This document shows positions 19,448-31,116 of a DNA stretch of 64,000 bases, piece by piece. Below the pieces are notes generated by a model that did no database searches, had not been told where the DNA came from, and saw nothing but the letters and a program-made list of their open reading frames with translations. The first letter of the stretch is position 1; each line of letters begins with the position of its first letter. The DNA comes from an uncultured Devosia sp. GTDB taxonomy: Bacteria; Pseudomonadota; Alphaproteobacteria; Rhizobiales; Devosiaceae. A program made the translations under genes and the position numbers. The stretch covers positions 11,167-75,166 of the forward strand of contig CAYNRZ010000015.1 in NCBI GenBank assembly GCA_964399695.1, given 5' to 3'.

Positions 19448-22400
19448 GCCCCTATGCCGAACTGATGGTCACCAGCAACTTCTCGTTCCTCAGGGCTGGC
19501 TCGCATCCTGAGGAACTGGTCGCGGCTGCCATGGCGCTCGGCCTCAACGGCATCGGCATTGCCGATCGCAACAGTTTTGCCGGGGTGGTGCGCGGCTACG
19601 TCGCCCATCGCGACCTCAGGGAACAGGCGCCGGGTTTCCGCTACGTGGTCGGGGTCCGGCTGGTGTTTGCCGACCGCACGCCCGACATCGTCGCCTATCC
19701 CTCCGACCGCGAAGCCTATGGCCGGCTCTGCCGCCTCATCAGCCGCGGCAATCTCAGGCCGGAGAGCGAAAAAGGCAATTGCCGGCTGTATTTTGCCGAT
19801 CTGGCAGACTTCGCCGACGGCCAGCTGTTTGTCCTCGATGCTGATGAGGGGGACTGGCCGCGATCGGAGAGGGTTCTAGAGGAACTGGCGGCCCTCGCCC
19901 CCGGCCGGGTCTGGCTCGCCGCCGCCTGCCGCTACAAGGGCAGCGACCGGGCCCGGCTGAACCGGCTGTCGGCCATGGCTGCTGACGCTGGGGTGCCGCT
20001 GATTGCGGTCAATGACGTGCTCTACCACGAGCCCAACCGAAAGATCGTGCAGGACGTGGTGACCTGCATCCGCGAACACTTGCGCCTCGATACCGCCGGC
20101 CGCCGGCTCGAGCAGAATGCCGAACGCCATCTCAAGCCACCGCGAGAGATGGCGCGGCTGTTCGCCGAGCATCCCGGGGCGCTGGCTGAGACTCAGGCTC
20201 TGCTGGCCCGCATCGGCTTCTCGCTCGACCAGCTGCGTTACAACTACCCCACCGAAACCATCGGCAATGGCGAGACGGCGCAGGAAACGCTGGAGCGGCT
20301 GACTTGGGCGGGCGCGGAGCGCCGCTATCCGGAGGGCGTCCCCGACAGCATCAAGCGGTCGCTCTGGAACGAGCTCTGCCTCATCGCCTACAAGCGCTAC
20401 GCCTCGTATTTCCTAACCGTCGAGGACATTGTCCGCCACGCCCGCGAGGACCTCAAGATCCTCTGCCAGGGGCGCGGCTCAGCCGCCAATTCCTCGGTCT
20501 GCTACTGCCTCGGCATCACCGCGGTCGATCCCACCAAGGTCAGCCTGGTGTTCGGCCGTTTCATTTCCACCGAGCGCGACGAGCCGCCCGATATCGACGT
20601 CGATTTCGAGCACGAGCGGCGCGAGGAGGTGATGCAGTATGTCTACAACAAATATGGCGGCACCCGCACGGGACTGACCGCCACCGTCATTTCCTACCGC
20701 TCCAAGAGCGCCATCCGCGAGACCGCCAAGGTCTTCGGAATTTCCGATGACGTGATCGATGCGCTCAACCGGCTGCACTGGGGCTGGGGCAGCGCGGCCG
20801 ATCTCAAGGGCATCAGCATGCTCGGGCTCGATCCGGACGATCCCACGCTCACCCAGCTGTTCGAGATCGTGCCGGTGCTGAAATCCTTCCCGCGCCATCT
20901 CAGCCAGCATGTCGGCGGCTTCGTCATCACCCGCGACTCGCTCGAGAGCCTGGTGCCAATCGGCAAGACGGCAATGGAAAGCAGGACCATCATCGAGTGG
21001 GACAAGGACGACATCGATGCCCTGGGCATCCTCAAGGTCGATATCCTGGCGCTGGGCATGCTCAGCTGCCTCCGTCGTTCCTTCGAGCTGTTGCACCAGC
21101 ATTATGGCCGCGACCTGACCCTCGCCGACCTGATGGCCGAGGAGACGCAGCCGGAGGTCAGGGCGCCGGTCTACCGGATGACGCATCGGGCCGACACCAT
21201 CGGGGTATTCCAGATCGAAAGCCGGGCACAGATGTCGATGTTGCCGCGGCTGAAGCCGGCCGAGTTCTACGATCTGGTCATCGAGGTGGCCATTGTGCGG
21301 CCCGGTCCGATCCAGGGCGGCATGGTGCATCCCTATCTCAAGCGCCGACAGAATCAGGAAAAGGTGACCTTCCCCAAGCCCGAACTCGAAGCGGTGCTGG
21401 GGCGCACGCTGGGCGTGCCGCTGTTCCAGGAACAGGCGATGCAGATCGCCATTGTCGGGGCGGGCTTTTCGGCCGGCAAGGCCGACCAGCTACGGCGGGC
21501 CATGGCGGCGTGGCGGCGCAATGGCCGGCTGGCGCAGTTCGGTGAGGAGTTCATCGGGGGCATGATCGCCAATGGCTATCCCGAGGATTTCGCCAAGCGC
21601 TGCTTCGCGCAGATCCAGGGCTTCGGCGAGTATGGCTTTCCCGAAAGCCATGCGGCGAGCTTCGCGCTCCTTGTCTATGCCTCGTGCTGGTTCAAGTGCC
21701 ACTACCCCGACATCTTCGCCTGCGCGCTGCTCAACAGCCAGCCGATGGGGTTCTATTCGCCTGCCCAGATCGTCCGCGACGCCATCGAGCACGGGGTCGA
21801 GGTCCGTTCGCCGGACGTCAATCTCTCCGACCTGACCCATGTGCTCGAGCCCGGTTTTCCGGCGCGCGAACGCATCGCGCGGCAACATGCGGAGATGGCC
21901 GGCGACATCTTGTCGAATCGCGCCATCCGGCTCGGCCTCAAGCAGGTGATCGGGCTCAAGCAGGAGCATGCCAATATCATCCTCGCCCGGCGCGGCGAGG
22001 GCTATCGCTCGATCCGCGACCTCTGGGTCAGGACCGGCACGCCGATCCCGACGCTCGAAAAGCTCGCCGAAGCCGACGCCTTTGGCTCAATGGGCATCAG
22101 CCGACGCGAGGCACTGTGGATCGTCAGGGGGCTCAATGGCGTTGCCGGCGCCGAGCAATTGCCCTTGTTCCAGAGCGCGCAAAGCGTGTCGCGGCCGGAC
22201 GATGGCACGGTCGACCTGCCGCAGATGGCGCCGGGCGAATCGGTGGTGCACGACTATCGGACGCTGTCGCTGTCGCTGAAGGGCCATCCGGTCAGTTTCC
22301 TCAGGTCCGAGCTCGAGCGGCGGCGGATCCTGCGGTGTGCCGACCTCATCGATCAGCGTGACGGCGCCATCGTCGAGGCGGCCGGGCTGGTGCTGGTGCG

Positions 22401-22776
22401 CCAGCAGCCGGGCACGGCGAGCGGGGTAATCTTCATGACGCTGGAGGATGAAACCGGTATCGCCAACATCATCGTGTGGCCCAGCACCTTCCAGAAGAAC
22501 CGCAAGGTGGTGCTCGGGGCGCGCCTGATCTCGATCCGGGGCCAGTTGCAGCGCGAGGGGCTGGTCACCCATATCGTTTCGCGCAGCTTTACCGATCTCA
22601 CCCCGCAACTGATCGAGATCGCCCAGGGTCACGATATCGGCAATGCCGTGCTCGCCCGTGGCGACGAGGGGCGCAGCGGCCCACAGCCGGGACGCGACGA
22701 AGGCGCGCGGCGACAGCGGGAAATGCTGGAACGCCAGGCACAGGCGGCGTTGCCGCGCGGGCGCAACTTTCATTGA
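19444..22776 (+). CDS. dnaE2: Error-prone DNA polymerase DnaE2 (ImuC)
   Basis: 1110 aa. PHP domain N-terminus MSPYAELMVTSNFSFLRAGSHPEELV. Pol III alpha core. ATGA overlap with imuB. Confidence 0.95.
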   Translation: MSPYAELMVTSNFSFLRAGSHPEELVAAAMALGLNGIGIADRNSFAGVVRGYVAHRDLREQAPGFRYVVGVRLVFADRTPDIVAYPSDREAYGRLCRLISRGNLRPESEKGNCRLYFADLADFADGQLFVLDADEGDWPRSERVLEELAALAPGRVWLAAACRYKGSDRARLNRLSAMAADAGVPLIAVNDVLYHEPNRKIVQDVVTCIREHLRLDTAGRRLEQNAERHLKPPREMARLFAEHPGALAETQALLARIGFSLDQLRYNYPTETIGNGETAQETLERLTWAGAERRYPEGVPDSIKRSLWNELCLIAYKRYASYFLTVEDIVRHAREDLKILCQGRGSAANSSVCYCLGITAVDPTKVSLVFGRFISTERDEPPDIDVDFEHERREEVMQYVYNKYGGTRTGLTATVISYRSKSAIRETAKVFGISDDVIDALNRLHWGWGSAADLKGISMLGLDPDDPTLTQLFEIVPVLKSFPRHLSQHVGGFVITRDSLESLVPIGKTAMESRTIIEWDKDDIDALGILKVDILALGMLSCLRRSFELLHQHYGRDLTLADLMAEETQPEVRAPVYRMTHRADTIGVFQIESRAQMSMLPRLKPAEFYDLVIEVAIVRPGPIQGGMVHPYLKRRQNQEKVTFPKPELEAVLGRTLGVPLFQEQAMQIAIVGAGFSAGKADQLRRAMAAWRRNGRLAQFGEEFIGGMIANGYPEDFAKRCFAQIQGFGEYGFPESHAASFALLVYASCWFKCHYPDIFACALLNSQPMGFYSPAQIVRDAIEHGVEVRSPDVNLSDLTHVLEPGFPARERIARQHAEMAGDILSNRAIRLGLKQVIGLKQEHANIILARRGEGYRSIRDLWVRTGTPIPTLEKLAEADAFGSMGISRREALWIVRGLNGVAGAEQLPLFQSAQSVSRPDDGTVDLPQMAPGESVVHDYRTLSLSLKGHPVSFLRSELERRRILRCADLIDQRDGAIVEAAGLVLVRQQPGTASGVIFMTLEDETGIANIIVWPSTFQKNRKVVLGARLISIRGQLQREGLVTHIVSRSFTDLTPQLIEIAQGHDIGNAVLARGDEGRSGPQPGRDEGARRQREMLERQAQAALPRGRNFH

Positions 22777-22783
22777 CCGAAGG

Positions 22784-23173
22784 TTACTTCACCAACGCCA
22801 GTTCCAGAACCCGCAGCACAGTCGCCAGTTCATGGCCGCGCTTGAGCACCCGGCCTTCCTGGCTCAGCACCATGTACTGGCCCTGGCGGTTGCGCAGCTT
22901 GGGGTTCTTCTCGATGACGTAGAGCGGTCGTTCGGATGATCGCTTGTAGATCGAGAACAGGGCCCGGTCGCGCAGGAAGTCCATGGCATAGTCGCGCCAT
23001 TCACCTTCGGCGACCTTGCGGCCATAGAGATTGAGGATCGTGTTGAGTTCGCGCCGGTCGAAACTCACCATGGCGCTCTGGCGCTGCGCTTGACCCGGTG
23101 CGGTATTGCTGAAGGCGATCAGCACTCCCGGGCCATCCCGCTGTGGCTCATCCGCCATCGGCTTCCCCGTCAT
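22784..23173 (-). CDS. DUF2794-like small conserved protein
   Basis: 129 aa. VSFDRRELNTILNLYGRKVAEGEWRDYAMDF... matches my memory of the alphaproteobacterial DUF2794 family. The start could be 23158 instead. Confidence 0.7.
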   Translation of the reverse strand: MTGKPMADEPQRDGPGVLIAFSNTAPGQAQRQSAMVSFDRRELNTILNLYGRKVAEGEWRDYAMDFLRDRALFSIYKRSSERPLYVIEKNPKLRNRQGQYMVLSQEGRVLKRGHELATVLRVLELALVK

Positions 23174-23213
23174 CAGGACGTCATGATTGCGTCAAACCGG
23201 AAGAATGGCAAGC

Positions 23214-23407
23214 GGGGGGAAAATACCCCATTTCGGTCACAAATCCTCCCTCAAGGCGCCAGATTGGGTCGGCAATGTCTCACCATTGCCTCCAGTGGCC
23301 GGCAATCGGGCTGACCGAGCCCCCAAACCACGACGCTCGGTTGCCGGCCGCCCCTACATGCACAACGTCATTCGACCCCCGCCCCGCAGGCGGGGGTTCT
23401 TGTTTTC
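23214..23407 (+). ncRNA. Candidate structured small RNA (5' end unknown)
   Basis: Nested hairpins: GGGG..CCCC at 23214-23229; GGCAATG/CATTGCC at 23271-23290; GGCCGGCAA/TTGCCGGCC at 23297-23349. Exposed CCUCCC at 23245-23250. Terminal GC hairpin plus U-tract at 23375-23407, oriented for the plus strand, while both flanking genes are on the minus strand. Confidence 0.25.
23375..23407 (+). terminator. Orphan plus-strand Rho-independent terminator
   Basis: ACCCCCGCC-ccgca-GGCGGGGGT followed by TCTTGTTTTC. No plus-strand CDS lies upstream of it. Confidence 0.55.
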
Positions 23408-23431
23408 ATGTCACTTCCGGATGTTGATCGC

Positions 23432-24163
23432 TTACTGCACGTAGCTCGCGGCGCCCAGGATAGGGCCGGGCATGCCGTTGCGCTCTTCCTGGATCAGCAC
23501 GGCAATGCCGTTGGCCGGTGCATTCAGCAACTCGCCGATGGGCATGCGCATCTGTGCCCCGGTGGTCGACTCCCACATGCCCAGCACCTGGCGGTCGGTA
23601 ACGATCTGCGTATAGGCAACGGTCTTGCCCTTGTTCTCGCCGCGCTCGATCTCGACGTCCGCGCGATCGATGAAGGTGACCAGCCACATCACCGCTTCGC
23701 GGTTGCCTGCCTCCGGCGGCACGGAGATTTCCAGCATGCCGTCATCGCCGACATTGAGATCGATGGGCACCGGCAGCGCGGCGGTTGCAAGTGCTGCGTC
23801 CACCTCGCCCTCGCGAGAGGCGACGACACTGCCGCGGCCATTCACCACCAGCTGCGGGGTAAAGATCCGCGATGACCCGAAGCCCTCGGCATAGTCGCGC
23901 TGGCGGTCGGAATTGGCCTTGGCGCCAAAGGTGTCAGGCCAGCCGATATAGTCCCAGTAGTCGACATGATAGGCGAGCGCGACCACGTCGGAGCGCTTCG
24001 ACAGCTTTTCGAGCAGCGCGTCCGCGGCCGGGCATGACGAACAGCCCTGGCTGGTGAACAGTTCCAGCACGGCCTTGGGGCCCTTGCGCAGCTCTGCGGC
24101 CGGGGCGGCCGACACACCAAGCGCGCCAAGCGCAAATGCGAAAATCAACGTACGAATGAGCAT
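23432..24163 (-). CDS. DUF1223-like thioredoxin-fold exported protein
   Basis: Start ATG 24163 (MLIRTLIFAFALGALGVSAAPA, a signal peptide). ELFTSQGCSSCPAADALL...ALAYHVDYWDYIGWPDTF. Confidence 0.8.
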   Translation of the reverse strand: MLIRTLIFAFALGALGVSAAPAAELRKGPKAVLELFTSQGCSSCPAADALLEKLSKRSDVVALAYHVDYWDYIGWPDTFGAKANSDRQRDYAEGFGSSRIFTPQLVVNGRGSVVASREGEVDAALATAALPVPIDLNVGDDGMLEISVPPEAGNREAVMWLVTFIDRADVEIERGENKGKTVAYTQIVTDRQVLGMWESTTGAQMRMPIGELLNAPANGIAVLIQEERNGMPGPILGAASYVQ

Positions 24164-24272
24164 GGCACCTTGTAGGTGCGCATCGCGGAGGCGGCGAGTC
24201 AATTCGCCGCGACTTTTCGCGATCTCCGCGTGATGGAACGGGGCCGGCGGTCGGGCCCCGTCACGTGGTGGC

Positions 24273-27038
<2,766 letters not shown>

Positions 27039-27213
27039 GGTGCCGCCTTTGCGCGTTCGGGTTGCAAGGCGCCGCCTCGATCTTCCGAGACGAGAAAGTC
27101 CCGGAGAACCGCGGGGCACAGCCGATTGGCTGGAAGGATTCCAATCTAGCGAGGCTTATAGAGAATGAACTTCGCGCTTGCCAGTGCGGACTTTGGTTGA
27201 ATACGCATCAGCC

Positions 27214-27858
27214 ATGCTCGCCAATCCAGACGCCACAGATGCTGCCGTGATCGATGTTCGTGGCCTCGCTATCCGGCGCGGCGAGCGGCAATTGTTCGCC
27301 AATCTGTCATTGCGGGTTGTGGCCGGCCAGGTGGCGCTGCTCACCGGCCCCAACGGAACCGGCAAGACGACACTGCTGCTGGCGCTTGCCGGCATCGTTC
27401 GCCCCGAAACGGGCGATATCGCCTTTCCCGCGCATCGCGGCGAGGAGGGAACGAAGCCGGCCATGCACCTGCTGGGCTATCAGCAGGGCATCAAGCCGCG
27501 ACTCACCGTCCTCGAGAACCTCAATTTCTGGCGGCAGGTGAACGGTGCCGGCGGGCTCGTGCCGGACGCCGCACTGACCGAAACCGGCATTGCGCGCCTT
27601 GCCGCGCTCGAAGCCGGCTATCTCAGCTCGGGGCAGTTGCGCCGGCTGGCGCTGGCGCGGCTGCTGGTGACGCCCCGACCGATCTGGCTGCTCGATGAGC
27701 CGAGCGCCACGCTCGACACCGCCGGGGAGGCGCTGCTGGTCCGGCTGATCGAGGCGCACCGGCAGGGCGGCGGTGTCGCCATCATCGCCACACACCAGCA
27801 CCTCGCCCTCACCGAAGGCACCGGCATTGTCCGGCTGGCACTCGGGGGCGCTGTATGA
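27214..27858 (+). CDS. ccmA: Heme exporter ATP-binding protein CcmA
   Basis: ATG 27214 (a TTG at 27178 is an alternative). Walker A GPNGTGKTT, signature LSSGQLRR, Walker B WLLDEP. Confidence 0.88.
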   Translation: MLANPDATDAAVIDVRGLAIRRGERQLFANLSLRVVAGQVALLTGPNGTGKTTLLLALAGIVRPETGDIAFPAHRGEEGTKPAMHLLGYQQGIKPRLTVLENLNFWRQVNGAGGLVPDAALTETGIARLAALEAGYLSSGQLRRLALARLLVTPRPIWLLDEPSATLDTAGEALLVRLIEAHRQGGGVAIIATHQHLALTEGTGIVRLALGGAV

Positions 27859-28508
27859 CCGCTTTCCTCGCCATCATCGCGCGCGACCTCCGCCTCTCGT
27901 TTCGCGCCGGCGGCGAGGCGCTGACGCTGGTGCTGTTCTTCATCATGGTCGGGGTGATCGTCCCCTTCGCCATCGGCCCCGACCGGCCGCAACTGATGCG
28001 GCTCGCGCCAGGGATCGTGTGGATCGCCGCCTTCCTCGCCATGCTGCTGGGGCTCGACCGGATGTTCCGCTCCGACGAAGATGACGGCTCGCTGCTGCTG
28101 CTTCGCCATGCCGCGCTGCCGCTCGAAGCTGTCGTTGCCGCGAAATTGATCGCCCACTGGCTGGTAACGGCGTTGCCGCTGATCGTCGCCACCCCGGTGC
28201 TCGCCATCATGCTGTCGATGGATTGGGGACAATGGTCGACCACCGTGTTCGGGCTGGTTCTCGGTACCCCGGCGCTGACCGCCTTCGGCACGCTCGGCGC
28301 CGCGGTTACCGTGGGTGTCAAGCGTGGCGGGCTGATCGCCCCGGTCTTGATCCTGCCGCTCTCCATTCCGGTGATGATCTTCGGTGTCGGGATGGCCGAT
28401 CCGCTGGCCGGCACCGGTGCAGCGCTGTTCATCAGTGCCATCAGCCTTGTCATGGTGACCCTCGCGCCATTCGCTGCCGCGCTTGCCTTGCGCGCTGGCG
28501 CGGAATAG
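27855..28508 (+). CDS. ccmB: Heme exporter membrane protein CcmB
   Basis: 217 aa, polytopic. ATGA overlap with ccmA. Confidence 0.9.
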   Translation: MTAFLAIIARDLRLSFRAGGEALTLVLFFIMVGVIVPFAIGPDRPQLMRLAPGIVWIAAFLAMLLGLDRMFRSDEDDGSLLLLRHAALPLEAVVAAKLIAHWLVTALPLIVATPVLAIMLSMDWGQWSTTVFGLVLGTPALTAFGTLGAAVTVGVKRGGLIAPVLILPLSIPVMIFGVGMADPLAGTGAALFISAISLVMVTLAPFAAALALRAGAE

Positions 28509-28517
28509 ATCGAAACC

Positions 28518-29282
28518 ATGAGCGTCGACGCCCTCAAGAAGCCGAACTGGTTCAGCCGGATCGCCCACCCCGGGCAGTTCCTCATCTGGTCGCGCTACCT
28601 GCTGTGGCCGCTGGGCATTGCCAGCGTGCTCGCCTTTGCGGCCGGGCTGTGGCTGAGTTTCTTTGCCTCACCGGAAGACTACCAGATGGGCGACATGGTG
28701 CGCGTCATGTACGTGCACGTCCCCAATGCCTGGCTGAGCCAGTTGGTCTACGTGCTGATGGCCGGCTCGGCGCTGGGCACGCTGGTCTGGCGGCACCCGC
28801 TCGCCGATGTCGCCAACAAGGCGGCAGCGCCGCTCGGCGCGGTCTTCACCGCGCTCGCGCTCTACACCGGCGCGTTGTGGGGTCGGCCGACCTGGGGGAC
28901 GTATTGGGAGTGGGACGGGCGGATGACCTCGACGCTGGTCCTGCTCCTCATCTATCTAGGCATCATCGCGCTGTGGCGCGCCTTCGACGACCAGTTGAAG
29001 GCCGGCCGCATCGTCGCGGTGGTCACCTTGGTCGGCGCCATCAACATTCCGGTGATCAAGTTCTCGGTCGACTGGTGGAACACCCTGCATCAGCCGGCGA
29101 GCGTGTTCACCGCGTCCGGGCCGCGCATGCCACCATCGATCCTTGCGCCATTGCTGGTGATGACCCTCGCCTTCACGCTGCTGTTCGGTCTGCTCTACGT
29201 GGTCCGCATCCGCAGCGAGATCCTCAGGCGCCGCGCCGAGTCGCTGGCCCGCCAGGCGGCCCTTGCGGGAGGCAGCGCATGA
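28518..29282 (+). CDS. ccmC: Heme exporter/heme lyase subunit CcmC
   Basis: 254 aa. Tryptophan-rich WGRPTWGTYWEWDGR motif. Confidence 0.92.
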   Translation: MSVDALKKPNWFSRIAHPGQFLIWSRYLLWPLGIASVLAFAAGLWLSFFASPEDYQMGDMVRVMYVHVPNAWLSQLVYVLMAGSALGTLVWRHPLADVANKAAAPLGAVFTALALYTGALWGRPTWGTYWEWDGRMTSTLVLLLIYLGIIALWRAFDDQLKAGRIVAVVTLVGAINIPVIKFSVDWWNTLHQPASVFTASGPRMPPSILAPLLVMTLAFTLLFGLLYVVRIRSEILRRRAESLARQAALAGGSA

Positions 29283-29452
29283 ATCCTGACGAGGTGCACT
29301 TCACCTTCATCGCCTGGTCCTATGCCGGCGTTGCACTGGCCGTGGTCGGGCTCGTTGCGTATGTCGCCTGGGAGAGTTTCCGGGTGAAGGCGCGGCTTGC
29401 CGCGCTCGACAAGGCCGGCATTCGCCGTCGATCGTCCGGAGCTGGCTCTTGA
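29279..29452 (+). CDS. ccmD: Heme exporter protein CcmD
   Basis: 57 aa, read from the tail of track ORF 28223..29452: MNPDEVHFTFIAWSYAGVALAVVGLVAYVAWESFRVKARLAALDKAG... Single TM. ATGA overlap with ccmC. Confidence 0.8.
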   Translation: MNPDEVHFTFIAWSYAGVALAVVGLVAYVAWESFRVKARLAALDKAGIRRRSSGAGS

Positions 29453-30000
29453 CCGCTTCCCGTTTCGGGCGCGTCGCGCTGCTGCTGTCGCCGCTGCTCG
29501 TGCTCGCCGCGCTGGTCGCTGTGTTCGCCATGAACATCGACCGTGACCCCAGCCTTGTGCGCTCGGTGCTGATCGACAAGCCGGCGCCGGAACTGGCACT
29601 GTCTCCGGTCACCGGGCTCAACCTTCCTGGCCTCGACAGCAGCCTGCTCGAGGGGCAGGTCAGCCTCGTCAACGTCTTTGCCAGCTGGTGCGTGCCGTGC
29701 CGTGCCGAGCATCCCTTCCTGATGCAGCTTGCCGCCGAGGCCGAGGTGCAGATGCTGGGCATCAACCAGAAGGATGCGCCCGAGAATGCGGCGAAGTTCC
29801 TCGCCGAACTCGGCAATCCCTATGATGCGGTCGGCGGCGACGACAATGGCCGCGTCTCGATCGACTGGGGCGTTTATGGCGTGCCCGAGAGCTTTGTGGT
29901 GAATGCCGAGGGCGTCATCACCTACAAGCATGTCGGCCCGATCAGCGCCGAGTCCTATCCCGAAGTGCTGGCCGCCATCGAAAAGGCCCGCGCCGGCTGA
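29449..30000 (+). CDS. ccmG: Thiol:disulfide oxidoreductase CcmG/DsbE
   Basis: 183 aa. TTG start overlapping the ccmD stop. N-terminal TM anchor, WCVPC active site, GVYGVPESF. Confidence 0.9.
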   Translation: MTASRFGRVALLLSPLLVLAALVAVFAMNIDRDPSLVRSVLIDKPAPELALSPVTGLNLPGLDSSLLEGQVSLVNVFASWCVPCRAEHPFLMQLAAEAEVQMLGINQKDAPENAAKFLAELGNPYDAVGGDDNGRVSIDWGVYGVPESFVVNAEGVITYKHVGPISAESYPEVLAAIEKARAG

Positions 30001-30065
30001 CGGAACCTCGCCGCGTCTCGCCGGTTCTCCCTCCAGCGCCCGGATCGGGCCCAAAGGAGGTAGCG

Positions 30066-30440
30066 ATGCAATACGACATGATGCGCAATGTGCGTGAAGG
30101 CATGAAGGTGCTCGATTCCAGCCGCAAGGAGATCGGCAAAGTCGAGTTCGTGCAGTTCGGCAATGACGATCCGTCGACCCCGGAGATCGAAGCCGACACT
30201 CTCGACGGCATGGAGGATGGCCGCGAGCCCGGGTTGATGGATGTGGTCGCCGATGCCTTCCGCACCGACGAACTGGATCCTGAAATCCAGGAGCGGCTGC
30301 TGATGCAGGGCTTCGTGCGCATCGACGCCGATGGGCTGTTCGCGGCCGATCGCTACGTGCTGCCCGAGCAGATCAGCGGCGTTTCCGGCGATGAACTCCT
30401 GCTCAACGTCTCGAAAGACGAGCTGCTGAAGCGGCACTGA
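30066..30440 (+). CDS. Acidic hypothetical protein (possibly PRC-barrel/DUF2171-like N-terminus)
   Basis: 124 aa, strong SD AAAGGAGG 5 nt upstream. MKVLDSSRKEIGKVEFVQ. The family assignment is tentative. Confidence 0.65.
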   Translation: MQYDMMRNVREGMKVLDSSRKEIGKVEFVQFGNDDPSTPEIEADTLDGMEDGREPGLMDVVADAFRTDELDPEIQERLLMQGFVRIDADGLFAADRYVLPEQISGVSGDELLLNVSKDELLKRH

Positions 30441-30489
30441 TGTCGGCTGGTGCGGGATTGGCAAACTGCCGGTCCCGCTCCACCGTCAG

Positions 30490-31116
30490 TCAAGGCAGCG
30501 GATCCAGGGGTGGGATCGTCTCGCTCGGCGCTTTCGGGTCCAGCGCATAACGCGTCAGGATCGGCAGCTGCAGCATCGAGAACACCACGGTGATGGGCAT
30601 GATGCCCCAGACCTTGAAGGCCACCCAGAAATCGGTGTCGAACATCCGCCACACCACCTCGTTGCTGATGGCGAGGAAGACGAAGAACAGGCCCCAGTTG
30701 ATGGTCAGCTTCCGCCAGCCTTCAGGCTTCAGCTTGTAGACCTCCCCGAACACGTAGCGCAGCAGCGACTGGCCGAAGGCGAGGCCGCCCAGCAGCGTGA
30801 TCGCGAATAGCGAATTGACGATGGTGGGCTTCATCTTGATGAAGGTATCGTCCTGGAGCAGCAGCGTCAGCGTGCCGAACACCAGCACCACCGCGCCGGT
30901 GACGAGCGGCATCACCGCGATCTTTTTCAGCAACAGCCAGCTCAGCCCCAGCGACAGCACCATGGCGCCCATGAACCAGGCGGTGGCGGCGAAGATGTCC
31001 AGCCTGGCATTGACGAAAAAGAACACCAGGAGCGGGCCGAGCTCCAGCGCCAGCTTGATCAGTTGCGGCTTCAGCTCGTCCCAGTTGATCTCTGCCGTTT
31101 TGCTGTCGTCGCTCAT
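30490..31116 (-). CDS. yciB: Septation protein A (YciB/IspZ family inner-membrane protein)
   Basis: 208 aa. [24 protein letters not shown]...[16 protein letters not shown]... ATGA overlap with ftsY. Confidence 0.85.
   Translation of the reverse strand: MSDDSKTAEINWDELKPQLIKLALELGPLLVFFFVNARLDIFAATAWFMGAMVLSLGLSWLLLKKIAVMPLVTGAVVLVFGTLTLLLQDDTFIKMKPTIVNSLFAITLLGGLAFGQSLLRYVFGEVYKLKPEGWRKLTINWGLFFVFLAISNEVVWRMFDTDFWVAFKVWGIMPITVVFSMLQLPILTRYALDPKAPSETIPPLDPLP

Noticed and set aside
23187-23444. 85-aa plus-strand ORF (and 23143..23427, 23090..23314) in the DUF2794/DUF1223 spacer
   Set aside because: Arg/Pro/Gly-rich, no SD, and it runs straight through several perfect RNA hairpins and the terminator. 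The region is better explained as non-coding structured RNA.
27039-27213. acnA/ccmA divergent region, scanned for iron-regulator boxes (Irr ICE TTTAGAA-N3-TTCTAAA, RirA TGA-N9-TCA)
   Set aside because: No acceptable match by eye. TTATAGAGAATGAAC is only superficially similar.
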